Of a stretch of DNA of 64,000 nt, positions 25,861-40,179 are shown piece after piece. A model generated the notes under the pieces. That model was not told where the DNA came from and did no database searches. It saw nothing but the letters and a program-made list of their open reading frames with translations. Source of the DNA: Octopus vulgaris (Eukaryota); NCBI GenBank assembly GCA_951406725.2, contig OX597826.1, positions 62,186,001 to 62,250,000 of the forward strand. The letters are read 5' to 3'. A program made the translations under genes and the position numbers. The stretch's first letter is position 1. Every line of letters starts with the position of its first letter.

Positions 25861-25902
25861 GGATGTACATCTTTTATATACGTATCTATAATATATATGC
25901 AT

Positions 25903-25956
<54 letters not shown>

Positions 25957-26030
25957 ATGTACATCTTTTATATACGCATTTATAATATATATATATGGAT
26001 GTACATCTTTTATATACGTATTTATAATAT
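25856..26030 (+). repeat. Three copies of GGATGTACATCTTTTATATACG embedded in a (TA)n field
   Basis: Copies at 25861, 25956, 25997. Confidence 0.9.
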
Positions 26031-26062
26031 ATATATATACATATATACATATATATACATAC

Positions 26063-26119
<57 letters not shown>

Positions 26120-26653
26120 CCACCATTAAATCTTTGTATACAATATGCCTGCCTAACTCGTGAACAAATTAATCATAATAGACTGTCTCAGCTTGGTGTC
26201 GTTTGAAGTACTCTATGTATCGTTTACACACAACGGAAGAGTTTTGTTAAATTAAATTTTATGTCGCTAAGCTTCCTATTATATATGTTCATCCATCTTG
26301 CATTTCAAGACTTTCATTTTACTTTGTTTCCTTTTGTCAATTATTTTCTTTGTTAGTTGTTAAATAAATTAGATAACAACAATACACGTATACATTAATA
26401 GACATATGTCGGGTTGGATATTCCCAAACGTATACATAACATGAACGCACGCACGAACACGCACGCACGCACGCACACGGACGTAGACACACACACACAC
26501 ATATATACATTTCCTTTTCATATGTGTGTATGTATGTATGTATATATGCATGTATGTATATATATATATATATTTATATATATGTTTGTGTGTATGTATA
26601 TATATATATGTAAATATTGCCTATGATGCCTATATGCGTATACACGTACACAA

Positions 26654-26685
<32 letters not shown>

Positions 26686-26788
26686 TATATGCACACGCAT
26701 AAAGCAAGCGTATACACAATGTGTATGCATTTATATATACATATATATAGAAATACATAGTTATACATCACATACAGACATTCATACA

Positions 26789-26848
<60 letters not shown>

Positions 26849-26991
26849 TATATTCATATATATTTATACATATATACATATATATATGTATGTATGTATA
26901 CATATATATATGCGTGTGTATACATACATATATATATATACATATATGCATATGTAAATGTATATATGTAGATATATACATATATATGTGA

Positions 26992-27030
<39 letters not shown>

Positions 27031-27814
27031 TATATATATCTACATATATACATATATATACATGCATACATATACATTTATACATACATTTATATATATA
27101 TATAAGTATGTATACATATATACATGCACTTAGGCATATAGATGTCTGAGAGCGTAGGGGTGTCTGTTTGTATTTGTAGTTGTGTGTGAGTGTTTGTATG
27201 GAAACGTCCTTTCACTGCGAACACAATGAATCTATTTATATAAATGATACAAATTCAGATGACCATTCTCTCCATTAAAATGATCACCAGTGTTGACTAA
27301 ACAAAGGTGCGAAAATATATTATGTTCGTGTCGTTGAATGACAGTGTCTGTGTCTATGCATATGCACTACAACTCTGTGTGTTTGCCTGCGTTTCTGGTT
27401 ATGTGTGTATTTGTGTTTGCGCGCAACTGAGTGTGTTTGCGTGCCTGTGCGTGATTGTAATGCAGAGTGTTTTATTTCGTTATGGACCAATATCCAAAAC
27501 TTTATGTTATGGTCAGTCTCTATGTTTAGTCTTTTATTTCTGATTGTCAAACTGTCCATTCGAAATTCTATGAACATTTTATGTTGTATAGGTCTCTACT
27601 AGATTCAAAGTATGTCTAGATTTTTCTCGATTTCCATTTTTACACATAATTCCTATGTAATTAATTTCTACTTGTTTTACTATAATTAAACGTTCACCAA
27701 TAATTTATTCTATTTTTATCATATTAAAGTAACATTATTTAAAATGTTACAAATATTTAAATACCTGCTAGTATTTAAATATTGCGCGGGAATGAAATTT
27801 TTCGTTACATATTG

Positions 27815-27902
<88 letters not shown>

Positions 27903-27915
27903 AAGAAGAAGAAGA

Positions 27916-28288
27916 AAATATAAAGACCTACTCATTGAAATTGAGAAAATGTGGCATCCCAAGGCGGTTACAATACCAGTGATCGTAGGAGCACTAGGAA
28001 TGATCAAGAAGGGGACCGAAAATTATATGAGAATGATCCTGGCTTACCATCCCTGCAAGAAGTGCAAAAGATTGTCTTAACTGGTACATCACACGTATTG
28101 AGAAGAGCATTGTCGATGTGAGAACTGTTGCTGCTCATGTATTTTAAAATAACTTAAAAAAAAAAAATGAACGAACTATTGAGTTTGGTTTATTGGCCTA
28201 CCAATGTATACTATGAGTTTCTTTGCCCTAGGAGTCGGGAAGACACTCGGCAAGAAATGGAAGCAAATTTGAAAGAAGAAAAAAAAAG
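27916..28288 (+). pseudogene. R4/Dong-clade non-LTR retrotransposon 3' end (endonuclease C-terminus + 3' UTR + oligo-A) within (TAA)n
   Basis: KYKDLLIEIEKMWHPKAVTIPVIVGALGMIKKGTENYMRMI/GLPSLQEVQKIVLTGTSHVLRRALSM* (one frameshift, stop 28119-21); (TAA)n upstream and downstream. Confidence 0.85.
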
Positions 28289-28570
28289 TAATAATAATAA
28301 TAATAAACTAAAATACCAAATTTACCACTTTTATGAAAGGAGATAAATTCTATTACATATGTTGAAGGAAACTACGTAAGAGCTTATCTGTAAACAACAT
28401 TCTTTGTTTTCTGGTTTGGAACATAGACAAATATGTCTTCCAAACTACCTACCCTGGAGCAACCAACAACGTTGACCATGAGAAAAGCAAGCCAGTAGAT
28501 TTCAAAAACTGACCTTCGGCTGTATTAATAGACATTGCAAAAACAAATCGCACTGGAAATTGTGTTCGTT

Positions 28571-28679
<109 letters not shown>

Positions 28680-29123
28680 AACAATCAAAATGCACATCGA
28701 GATCACGTAGTCAGTTCCACCACATAATGCACATCTCCTTAATGATTCGGGCAGTGTTGACGTAATTCCAACTAAACTTAAATATGGTTCCAGAAGTCTT
28801 TATAGGTAAAAAGAAAAATTAATCATGACATCGATATTTCGATAATAATTTCTCTTCCAGACACATCACTTGAAGAATTCAAAAAGGCAATCCAAGTACG
28901 TCGGCTATTTGAAAGAACATGCAACTGTATTCGTTATCTCTAAAAGATCCTCAGTACAATCTATCCATATTGAAATGCTCCATATAAGCTGTGGCGTATA
29001 GATAAGGTAAAGAGCTTTATGTAGCTTTATAAGTTGTGGCGTATACATAAAGGTAAATATAAATTTGAGGCCATGACGTTCTCGAAGTGGTTCCTTATAA
29101 ACTACTAAAATACAGAAAAGCTA

Positions 29124-30168
29124 CACAGAGTAGGTTTTTTTTCTCAGTTGTCAAAAGGTTTGCACCTGAAATAAAGGCTTTTTGACACAAGGAATCCGGA
29201 AATGCCAACTGTTTATTACCATCACGTCAAGACTTCAATATAGTGGATCCATAAAGTTCCATTAGTTTTTCAATAAGACACTTACGTGGAACAAGGCTTA
29301 GTATACAAACGTACATAGGGATTGGCTTTTCTTCAAAATCAGAATATTTTTACAATCTACTGGAAAACTAGTAAAACTTTTTTTAAAAATTTACACTAAA
29401 ATTACATTATTTTTTATGCATAATTTCCCACAAATTTGCATTAGGATGTTTTTCACGAGTGTTGAACTTCAGGAAGCTAACGAGTCAAGTTTCAACAATA
29501 GCCCGCCATCATATGCAAATTATATTTGCCATGATATCTTTGTTCTATTGATTTTGCTCTAGTGGAGACGTTCTCTTAGCACGTCCCTTGTGTCACCGAG
29601 ATTTTCAGGGAAATTATCAAGCTGATTGTGACGATAGTGCAGCTCTATACTCATATTTGCTCCTAATTTTTGAAAGTTCTTCAGCAGGTTGTCGACTGTT
29701 TCGCCATAATTGTCCGGTTTCTTCTTGCCTAGAAAGTCACTCAGAATTATTAGGAACTAATTATATACTGCTGATTCAATGCATTTCATTGAATTTACAA
29801 AGTTTCTATCATTTATCAATTTTGTGAATTGATACCCATCAAGTACTCCAGCTTATATCTTTTCACTACTCAGACCGAGAAATGTGATGGAGATATAGTG
29901 AAAACAGCGTCTACTTTTATCGATAGCGTCATCAAACTGCTTCATAATGCCAACTTTGATATGGAGTGGAGGAAGAATGAAATTACTCACATAAATAAAA
30001 AAAAAAGCATTGAAATTTCACAGGTAAACAATGCACTTTTCTGAAAAATTAGGAAAACTGTAAAAAATTGGGGACTGGAATTTGGTATCTGTTTTTAGAA
30101 TCAGCATATTAAAACAATCTTCCAATCGGGCAAAAACGACCTGACAAGAAAATATCTGTTGGTTTGTG
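29124..30168 (-). mobile_element. Chapaev3-type (CMC superfamily) DNA transposon relic; transposase fragment ~29481-29980
   Basis: ILPPLHIKVGIMKQF...SSEKI*AGVLDG...DFLGKKKPDNYGETVDNLLKNFQKLGANMSIELHYRHNQLDNFPENLG...RERLH...EQRYHGKYNLHMMAGYC; outer boundaries (CAC...GTG) are tentative. Confidence 0.8.
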
Positions 30169-30506
30169 TTATAGTTTTGATTGGTTATTTCTTTCAGCAA
30201 TGAAAGTATATTATCTTATAGATATATATATGGTAACTGAGGTGGAAGCAAGGTGGTCTGCTAATCACCAGTACGACCAGACCATTACGTTGCATACGGC
30301 TGAAACTCATTCGTTTTAAATATCTTCGCCATTAGACGCGTTCTTTGTGTGCCTATTAAACTTTATTATCCGAGATTTGCTGCAACGAATATTAATCTCT
30401 ACATACATATTTTGCATAATGAATTGCGTGTGTGCACATTTCATTCTTTGTACTGACATACACACAGAAACACATACACATTATTCTCTCTTTTTTCTCT
30501 CTCCCT

Positions 30507-30521
30507 GTCTATCTATCTATC

Positions 30522-30604
<83 letters not shown>

Positions 30605-30620
30605 CATCTATCTATCTATT
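30507..30620. repeat. (TATC)n microsatellite
   Basis: Direct inspection. Confidence 0.95.
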
Positions 30621-30938
30621 TATATGCCTCTATCTATCTGTATATTTCTCTTTGTCTCTGCATTTCTGACAGCCTAACTATCTGCTTCGCTTCTGCTCCT
30701 CTGCTCAACTACTCTCTCTCTTTCTTTCTGATTTCTTCCTCTCTCTCGACCCTTGCAAACATAGTCTCACCCATGCGCATACAAATACATATACGTTGAC
30801 ATCTATGACTGTGTGTCTGTGTGTCCATCTATCTGTCTACCTACCTATTTATCTATCAATCTTTCTATATTAAGATCTATCGATATGTATATGTGTGTAT
30901 CCATTTACATTTTTATCTCTTTTTCCCACATACATACA

Positions 30939-30972
<34 letters not shown>

Positions 30973-31072
30973 CATACATACATACATATATACGTACATA
31001 CATACATACATACATACATACATACATACATACATACATACATACATACATACATACATGTGTATGCAGCTA

Positions 31073-32654
31073 CACTGGCGAAAATAAATTTAAGACCGAT
31101 ATATTTTATTACTAACACCATACAAATTATTTTTATCGTTTACACCTTATACAGAATTTATTTCTCTTTCAAATGATGCAGACAATAACTATTTTTATAC
31201 AACTTGAAGAATTCTAATGCTAATTTAATATAAACGTTTCAAATTTACCTACACAATTAGTTTAAGACCGTATCGTTATAATTTTATTTAAGCTTAAGAT
31301 TGTAGCAAAAATGAGCAACAAGAACGAAATACATATTAGTACTTTGTGCCGTAGCCTTTATAACGGTTGAACAACGCCTCGGTATTGAATTCGCTGAGTG
31401 ATTACAAAATTCTATGGGAATGGTTTGCCATATCTCATTGATATAATGGAATAATTGTTTTAGATTAGATGGTTTTTTAGCATGGACCTTTTTTCAAATA
31501 TAATTCCACAAGTTCTTGATCGAATTCAGGTCCGGGCTCTGGGGAGGCCATTCTATTACATCAATATTATGGTGATCAAAAAATTCCATAACCTTTTTGG
31601 CTTTGTGTACAGGACTATTGTCCTGCTCATAAATACCGCCCGGAGTCATTTGGCGAGTCAAATATGGCACAACATTATCCTTTAGTAGATTCATATAACC
31701 TACACTATCTAGCTCTCCATCAACTTTAACTAGAGGGCCAACACCAAAGCTACTAAATGCCGCCCACATCATCACACCCCTACTACCCGCTTGCGCAGTC
31801 TTTTTCAAGCATTTTGGATGGAATTCCTTGGTTGGGCGACGTCTGACGTATGGTTCACCATCTGATCCAAATATATAGAAGCGTTACTCGTCACTCCAAA
31901 GGACTCTGCACCAATCTTCAGCATTCCATTGACCATGGGTTTTTGCGAAATTAAGGCGTTTGAGTCGTCTTCTTTCGGATATTATTGGCTTTTTCCTAAC
32001 GATTCGTCCATGTATTCCAAATTCTCTCCAACACGATTTGTGATGTAAAAATAACACCATTCTCATTGGACAATTGTTTACAAATGTAAAAGGCTGACAG
32101 CATTCGGTTGCCTTCCAAAAGTCGGTGGATTCGACGGTCCAACTGTGCCATCGTTTTTCTTGGCGCGGCAGTCCTTTGCCGAACTTTGCCAAGTATAACT
32201 CCCAGCTTGCATGCAAGCCGTTTTAATGCACTTTACTTGCTTGCTGATGTTCGAAAAGGAATCTTTTTGCTGGTGGAGTAATACGATTTCTGCTCTCGTG
32301 ACTGGACTGAGGCTACGTTGTTTTCCCATTATTACTCAATTGTATAATAACGTTAACTTATAACACTATATAGTGCAGTTAGGCTAGTTTTGTGACCGCC
32401 CATCTTGGCAACAAAATTTGCATACATATTACATGGTCTTAAACTAATTTTGCCAGTGAATTTGTACCTTTATATTAATTGAGCATTAGAATTCTTCAAG
32501 TAGTATAAAATTAGTTATTGGCTGCATCATTCGAAAGAGAAATAAATTCTGCATAAGGTGTAAAAGATAGAAATAATTTGTATGGTGTTAGTAACAAAAT
32601 ATTTTGTAAGAAATAAAACTTTTATCATCGGTCTTAAATTTATTTTCGCCAGTG
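31073..32654 (-). mobile_element. Full-length (1582 bp) decayed Tc1-family DNA transposon with ~200-220 bp IR/DR TIRs and TA TSD
   Basis: TA|CACTGGCGAAAATAAATTTAAGACCG ... CGGTCTTAAATTTATTTTCGCCAGTG|TA; TIRs 31073-31269 and 32435-32654. Confidence 0.97.
31336..32329 (-). pseudogene. Tc1 DD34E transposase pseudogene
   Basis: MGKQRSLS...; RKKP..; VLWSDE; GVMMWAAFS; QDNSPVH-WPPQSPDLNSIKNLW (34-residue spacing, catalytic E replaced by K); ends GYGTKY*; several stops and frameshifts. Confidence 0.95.
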
Positions 32655-32788
32655 TATCTATCTTTTTATCTTTCTCTCGATCTCTCTACCTATTTCTCTG
32701 TCAAAGTTTCTACATTGAGGTCTTAACATCGCATTCATGTATATGTATATGTGTTGCAAAGTGGGTTCATCCCACGTTGTACTGTAGT

Positions 32789-33023
32789 TGATGTTTTACG
32801 CTAGTAGCCACAATAGTTACTAGTCATCGATCCAGAATAGTAATACACTAACTTCATTTGTCTTGCTATCGATGATTACTCCACACAGCACCAACTAGAA
32901 CTGTCGACGCTCAAGTCTTTGACACTCGACCCCTCTTGACGACCGGCTACTGATCTATTTATAATGGATTTCCTCCTATCACATTTTACCGGGTGGGGTA
33001 TACATTTTCACTATACAATATCA
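32789..33023 (-). repeat. Probable 3' LTR of the adjacent Ty3/gypsy element
   Basis: Polypurine tract AAAAGAGGAGA (33024-33034, minus) followed by TGATATTG; tentative ...AACATCA end at 32789. Confidence 0.5.
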
Positions 33024-33059
33024 TCTCCTCTTTTAATTATTTTATTTCACAATCAATTT

Positions 33060-35445
33060 CTTTTATTCACCCACCTCTTCTGCTTTTACATATAAATTTT
33101 CCTTTACATAAATGCTCTCTGACATTTCTCTGTCCAAACCCATTTGGCATTTTTGTAGTAATTCATTGAGTGGTGCCTTTACCTTATGTATATTTGGGAT
33201 ATACACTTGGTAATAATTTACCAAGCCTACAAATGCTTGTAGAATTGTCGCGTTCGTCGGGGGCGGCATATTGCGTATTGCCATCGCGCTTGATTGGTCC
33301 GATCTGTGTCCATTTTCGTCGATTACTTGACGTAGGTATTTTATTTTTTCCATCAAAAATTCGCATTTTTCTCCTGTCAGTTTTATACCATTTTCTCTTA
33401 TTCTCTCGAATACCTTCTTTGTGTTCGATGTGTTGCACCTGAGACTCGCTCTTTATCAAGATGCCATCGAGGTATGCGATGGTGCAATTGCACTCACTTA
33501 ACATCGCATCCATAATTTGTTGGAATATGGCGGGTGCCACTTTTACTGCAAACGGCAGTGGTTTGAACTTGTACAATCCATGGTGCGTGTTTATTGTTAG
33601 ATATGTGCAATCTTCCTCTAACTGAATTTGAACGTACGCCTCTGAGAGGTCTAACTTCGAGAAAATTTTTCTTCCGCTTAATTTAGCAAATACTTCTTCT
33701 GGGCTTGGGTAGTGGGTAACTGTATGTGAATAAACAGTCGTTTAATCCAGTTGAGAAGTGTACGCACTCTCTTTGCTTAATATGTTTTCTTTTTTCACAG
33801 ATCGCCGGTGCTGCCCAGTCCGCATGACCAATCCTTTCAATTATATTCAGGCTTTTCAGTCTTTCTAGTTCTTTACTGACATGATCTACCGCTGCAAACG
33901 GTACGTTCCGTTTGGGCCTGAAAATAGGTGCTGAATTTTCTTTGCTTTTGTTTTTGTGTTGCAGTCTTAAACCTTCTAAGAAAAACTTTTGGGAAAATTT
34001 TTCAATTTTGTCTCATTTCATCGACCTCGTTCAATCGTTTGACTGCTCCGTTTACGTTATTGCACAAAACGCTTATTGGTATATCCCATAAATTAAATTT
34101 CTCCAAACATTCGGTGCCAAATAAATTCATGGTTTTTTTCAACACAAATATTCTCTTTCTTTGGTTCGACCTTTGAACATTATATTACACACGCGTTCGC
34201 CTGTGAAATATAATTTTCTTCCCGTAACACCATATGCTAATTTGTTAGGGCTACATAAATTTGGTTTACCCATTTGTCCCCAGGTTTTCTCATTTATGAT
34301 TATGATGTCACTTCCTATGTCTAATTGCATTCTGACACCAGTGGTTTCAATGCCCACATTCACAATTTTCTGTTTGTTGTAGTCAAAACTTGTTCTGCCA
34401 ACAAACTATTTGTTTTTTCTCATTTGTTCTCATTTGTTCCAATTTCCCCATCATTCCAGTTTTGAAGTGAGATCTTATGTATCCTGTAAACCGGCAGTGA
34501 AAACAATTTGCTTTTTTATACGGACAATCTTTCTTCTGGTGCATCCACGACATGCCATACACGAGTCTACATCCCAATGTTTCTTGTTTTTCCTGCAACA
34601 CTTTATTTGTCTTCTGACGTCTTTGCACTGGTTGTGTGTGAAAACTGTTACTGTTGGATTTCTTCCGTGTAATGCCTTAAAGTTATTATCATATCACACT
34701 CTTCCGATAGTTTGAGAAATGTCAAACCCTGGTTCCAGCTTTGCTAGAATTTTCGTTCGGATTTCTGCATCCCTTTTTATCTGTCAATCCTTGTGTAGAA
34801 ATCAAACACCTGAAAGAATCAGGAGTATGAATATCAAGCCTAAATCTCCCACGTTCTTTGTTGATTTTGCCTGTGGAATTAGTGAAGACTTCATCGCTCT
34901 TATTTGTTTAAACATTTCTATCTGGTATTAAACAGTGAACTCTTTTCGCTAAACATCTTGCAAAAAATGTGACTGTGTCGGTGAAATATATGCCGGACGC
35001 TTTTTTTTTTTTCCGTATGAAATTACTATACTTCTCAGGTTCTGCTGTTGATAGTTTTCTTAAAATTAGAAGCACGTTTTGAATTCGCCCGTCTAAACTT
35101 AATATGCTTTTTCAAACATTTGTTCAAACTTTCGAAAGTAATCCTCGAAGGTTACTCCTTCTTCGGGTTACTATTTGAATTCGCTTATGGAATTTGCTAC
35201 ATACTCAGGCGAAAATGTATTCTCCGGTTTGGTTATCAACTTCATTCGTTGTAACATATGCTGCTGCAATCTACGTTGTTGTTCTCGTTGTTCCTTGAGT
35301 TGTTGTAGTTGCTGTTCGTGCAAGTCAACTACCCTAACTAACAAGCCTTCCATATTTTATGATTTTCGTTAATTTTCACAAGGTTTTTTATTCTTTTTTG
35401 CCGAGTTCTTTAATTTTCCACGTGAATTAGTTTAAACGCCCCGAC
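33060..35445 (-). mobile_element. Degenerate Ty3/gypsy LTR retrotransposon (gag-protease-RT), RNase H/integrase deleted
   Basis: Gag start MEGLLVRVVDLHEQQ (35353); paired zinc-knuckle relic HQKKDCPYKKANCFHCRFTGY; protease MQLDIGSD; RT YKFKPLPFAVKVAPAIFQQIMD..AYLDGILI and LQAFVGLVNYY. Confidence 0.92.
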
Positions 35446-35742
35446 TTGTAAGCCTAGTACTTATTCCATTCATCTCTTTTGCCGAACCGCTAGGTCACGG
35501 GGACGTAAACACGCCTACACCGGTTGTCAAGCGATGTTAGGGGCACAAACACACACACAAATACATAGATATATATACATACGACGGGCTGTTTTTCGAT
35601 TTCTGTGTACCAAATCCACTGACAAGATTTTGTTCGACCGAAGGCTACAGTAGAAGACACTTGCCCATGGCACCACACAGTGGGATTGAACCCGTAGCAT
35701 GTAGCTGGGAAGCAAGCTTCTTGCCACGCAGTCACCTCTGCA
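35445..35742 (-). mobile_element. SINE family B, 3'-truncated copy
   Basis: Aligns with 42557-42901. Confidence 0.8.
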
Positions 35743-36443
35743 TATATATATATATATATAGGATTCACCATGCTGACCGCTGATATCTATCAGTTTTTTT
35801 CAATCTCTCTCTATTTATTTTTTCTTATTCCTTTCCGTTGAAGAGCGTACGTTCGAAACGTATGTATGTATGTACGTATGGATGGATGGATGTGGGGAAG
35901 GACGGGTGTGATTGTGTGTGCGTCTGTGTGTGTCTGTTTGTATGTGTCCGAGTTTTAGTACGTATATGGAAGTATATGTGAACCAACACGCATATGAACG
36001 TAAAGGCCCAATGATAAAAGTAAGCTAAGGACAATCGCATGTGTAACCAACCATGAAAGACAAATCAACAGTACAAAGAAATCAAATGCGGATCCTTTTG
36101 AATGGCAACAGATTTAACAGTATGAGAAGCACCATCCTTGCTCCTACGCACTCAAAGCAGTTTGTCAACGGCCATTCAGCAACAATACACCCTGATAAGT
36201 TTAGTGACTACTAATAAATGCAGGCTATGGCTGACAGAGAGGATGCTCTTGAAACCGATGTTTTTTAATGTAGGGAGTCAATGTTTACATATCGCCTTTG
36301 GAAACGTAACTAGATCTCATAATGCAGGGAAACGGCTGCGTAATCAGTTACCTGCATGCCTGCAGATTTGCATTGCGTGGAAACAATTGCAATGATAAAG
36401 AATATAAATGTCCAACCGTACTCCTTCTTGTTGACTCCAGTCC

Positions 36444-36671
36444 TAGCTGGCAGAAACGTTAGCATGCCGGGCGAAATGCTTAGCAGTATTTCGTCTGCCG
36501 TTATGTTCTGAGTTCAAATTCCGCCGAGGTCGACTTTACCTTTCATCCTTTCGGGGTCGATAAATTAAGTACCAGTTACGCACTGGGGTCGATATAATGG
36601 ACTTAATCCATTTGTCTGTCCTTGTTTGTCCCCTCTGTGTTTAGCCCCTTGTGGGTAGTAGTAAAGAAATA
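36444..36671 (+). mobile_element. SINE family A, near full length
   Basis: agctggcagaaacgttagc...gagttcaaattccgccgaggtcgac...gtaaagaaata. Confidence 0.9.
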
Positions 36672-36863
36672 TATTATCTATTCATACACAACAGATGCCC
36701 AAAATCTGGAATTACGTATAATACAACTAGTGGATAGCAAAGGGTAAATCTGAAGGCAGATGATCTTTATATTGTACTCTACTACCTTCTGAAGAGAATA
36801 TACCGTATATATAGATATACACACACATATATATATGTATATATATATGTATATATCTATTTA

Positions 36864-36929
<66 letters not shown>

Positions 36930-37456
36930 AGAGTGCGTATTGAGGTTTTGTATGAATCTTAGCAGTCTTTATTTCAAATCTGTGAATTATGACAGTGAAA
37001 GTCAAAGTCAAACTGGTATATTTAGTGAGCCGTTATAGTCTGACTTTTGAACACGCAAGTACTGATGATAGATATGACAGCATATCAGTCGATGAGTTTG
37101 TCATATGTAAACCGTTTCTCATAAATCAATATAAAAGCGATAGAGATAGCAATTTTGTGATCGTCTAGGTTCTAATATGTCCTAGTTATATTGATAATAC
37201 ACGCATATATTCTTTAATATACGTCTGTGTGTATATATATGTATATATATATATATATGTGTGTGTGTGTATGATGTGTGTAAATGCATGCATATATGTA
37301 TACATATATATTTATGTACATTTATATGTATATACACACATGTATGCAGACTAACTCACACATGCACACATACACGCACGCACTCGCTGACACATTCATA
37401 CAAGCAAGTCTATATACCTATACATTTATATATACACCACTCTTACACATACACAC

Positions 37457-37499
<43 letters not shown>

Positions 37500-37781
37500 T
37501 CATATATACATATATATTTACATACATACATAGATGCATATATATATATATATATATATCCATGTATTTGTGTGCATCTATTTATGTGTCTGTGTGTGTG
37601 TGTGTTTGTGTGTGTGTGTGGATGTGTATGTGTATACATTTGTTCACATTTCTTTTCATGTATTGTAGTTGAGAATGGGATGGAATTATGATCATTACGA
37701 TGATGGTTTTAATGAGAACATTATAGATCTTCTGTCGATTAATAAGTAAAACTATAATGCTAATAATAATAATGATGATAT

Positions 37782-37812
<31 letters not shown>

Positions 37813-37816
37813 GCTG

Positions 37817-37941
<125 letters not shown>

Positions 37942-37989
37942 GAGGAGGATAATAAACTCGGACCTGGTTGTAAATGATAAAGGAGGTCG

Positions 37990-38560
37990 ATGAACATCTG
38001 TTGTTAGTGGGCAGCCTCATGATTAACAACTTGAAGAGCAGCTACCGACTAATAGACGGACTGTCTGATGTCATAATTATAAGAATTGAATTAGAAAATG
38101 CACCGAAACAATGTGTTAAGGGAGGAAGATTAATTAAGAACACCAATATTATGAAATATAAAGAATTAGAAACAAGACAGTCGGACTAATCGCAGACATA
38201 GACTTTATATAGGAATCATTGAACTATGTAGAGTACAATACGCACAAATGAAAGTTAGGAATGAATATTGTAGATGTGTTCGATTAATTCTTAGAAGAGA
38301 GCTAAAGGCAATATGTATATAAAATAATAGGTGTCAATAGATGAGCTGTCATAACAATAAGTTATAATGATAATATTCTCGATTGGAAGCTAACTAAATT
38401 GATTTGACTAGACAGAGAAAGTAAAGGAGAACAATAGTGACCGTATTTAAAAAAAACACAACCAAAATATAGGAAGATTATATATACCGTGAAAGAAGGA
38501 TGGAATATGGACGATGTAGCTGGAAATTTGTTTAATATGTCTATTGAAAAATTCGAAAAT
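37990..38560 (+). pseudogene. R4/Dong-clade reverse transcriptase fragment, highly decayed
   Basis: YIGIIE...QMKVRNEYCRCVRLILRREL..KIIGVNR*AV..SY..ILDW..KL..LDR..RLYIP*KKDG resembles the post-RT motifs of R4-clade ORFs; adjacent to (TAA)n. Confidence 0.7.
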
Positions 38561-38629
38561 ATTTTGTAAAGAAGCACGGAAAATCAATGCAAATAGCCAT
38601 AATATGAGCACTGTACACACTTATTATTA

Positions 38630-38660
<31 letters not shown>

Positions 38661-39496
38661 ACATACATACATCTAGATAGATACATACACACACAGCACA
38701 CATGTATGTAGAATAGTGTAAATTTTAAATAACATCTGTAGAGATTAAGCAGAGAATTACTTTCAAAACTACAGAGGTTTCCATGAGTGTCAAAATCAAA
38801 CTTCCACAAAGCAGCTTGCTTGCATTATTCTGATTGTCCTGAATCCTACCTGCCTGCTTCGAAAAAACTCTGATGAAATAGATTTAAATAATATTTTAAC
38901 AAAAACAGTCTGTTGTTTTGTCATCTAAGTTTCACCGAAACCAACAAGTACAAACAAAGGCTGAAATGGACATCTTATTCAAGAAGAAAGGGAAAAATAA
39001 CGGAAATTATATTTTTAAAAGTTGGGTAAAACTTAACAAGGATGCGGCATCGGAAAATCTTGCAGAAGTTATGCGAAGGGAAGTCCCTATAGACGGCCAA
39101 TACCTGAAAAACGAAGAGAATGAAAAAAAAAAAAAAAAGAAAGAAACATTGTAAAAATAACACTGATTCCACAGCACATGGGCCCTTCAAAGCATTTAGC
39201 ATGGTGGTAAACTTATAAAATTGAATATAAACAATGATTATGTAATTTCAAGTTATATTATATGCGACCAACCTATCATCTTGTCTCAATCGAAAGAACG
39301 ATCAATTATGAAAGCATAGAATAATGTGTTTATAAAAGCATATGAGTGCGATGAGTGTGTGTGTATAAATATATGTATAAATGTATATGTATTTATATTA
39401 TATACGTTATATGTATACATACATATATATTTATGTATAAAAATTTACATATACATATAAATATATATGTGTTTGTATATAAGATGTATGTATATA

Positions 39497-39539
<43 letters not shown>

Positions 39540-40033
39540 GCATATGCATATATACATATATAGAGAGATGTTCATACATATATATATACATACGTATACA
39601 AATAAATATATACATATACATATAAAAATAAGGTGAATGACATCATATACATATCTATATCTTATCTTTCATTTTTACTTGCTTCAGTCGTTCGACTTCG
39701 GCCTTGCTGGGGCACCACCTTGAAAATGAAGCCCAATGAATTGACCCAAATAATTATTTTCTCTTTAAGCCTGCTACTTATCCCATCGGTTCTCTTGCCG
39801 AACCGTTAAGTTACAGGACGTAAACATGCAAATAGCGGTTCTCAAGCAGTAGTGGGGCACACGCATACACGCATATATATATATATATATATATACATAA
39901 TAGATAATGGTGTCATTGAGACCCAAAGGCGTCAGGTAATGCTGAATAAGTGCTATAGCCAGACCATAGTCAAGTTCCAGATTCGGTAATATTGTGAATA
40001 AAGGGTTCAACGTTGGTTCTATGTCAGCGTGTG

Positions 40034-40179
40034 TATATATGAATTTTTGCGTAATGAGATAACAAAAAACCAAGGCTGTATAGATATTAGAGCATTTATA
40101 GATAGAAGTATAGATATTTGCTCTATTATCTATACAGCCATGGATTTTTTTTATCTCATTACGCAAAAATTCATATATA
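40034..40179. repeat. 146-bp hairpin/MITE-like inverted repeat (61-bp arms, 57/61 matched, 24-nt loop)
   Basis: 40034-40094 is the reverse complement of 40119-40179. Confidence 0.92.
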
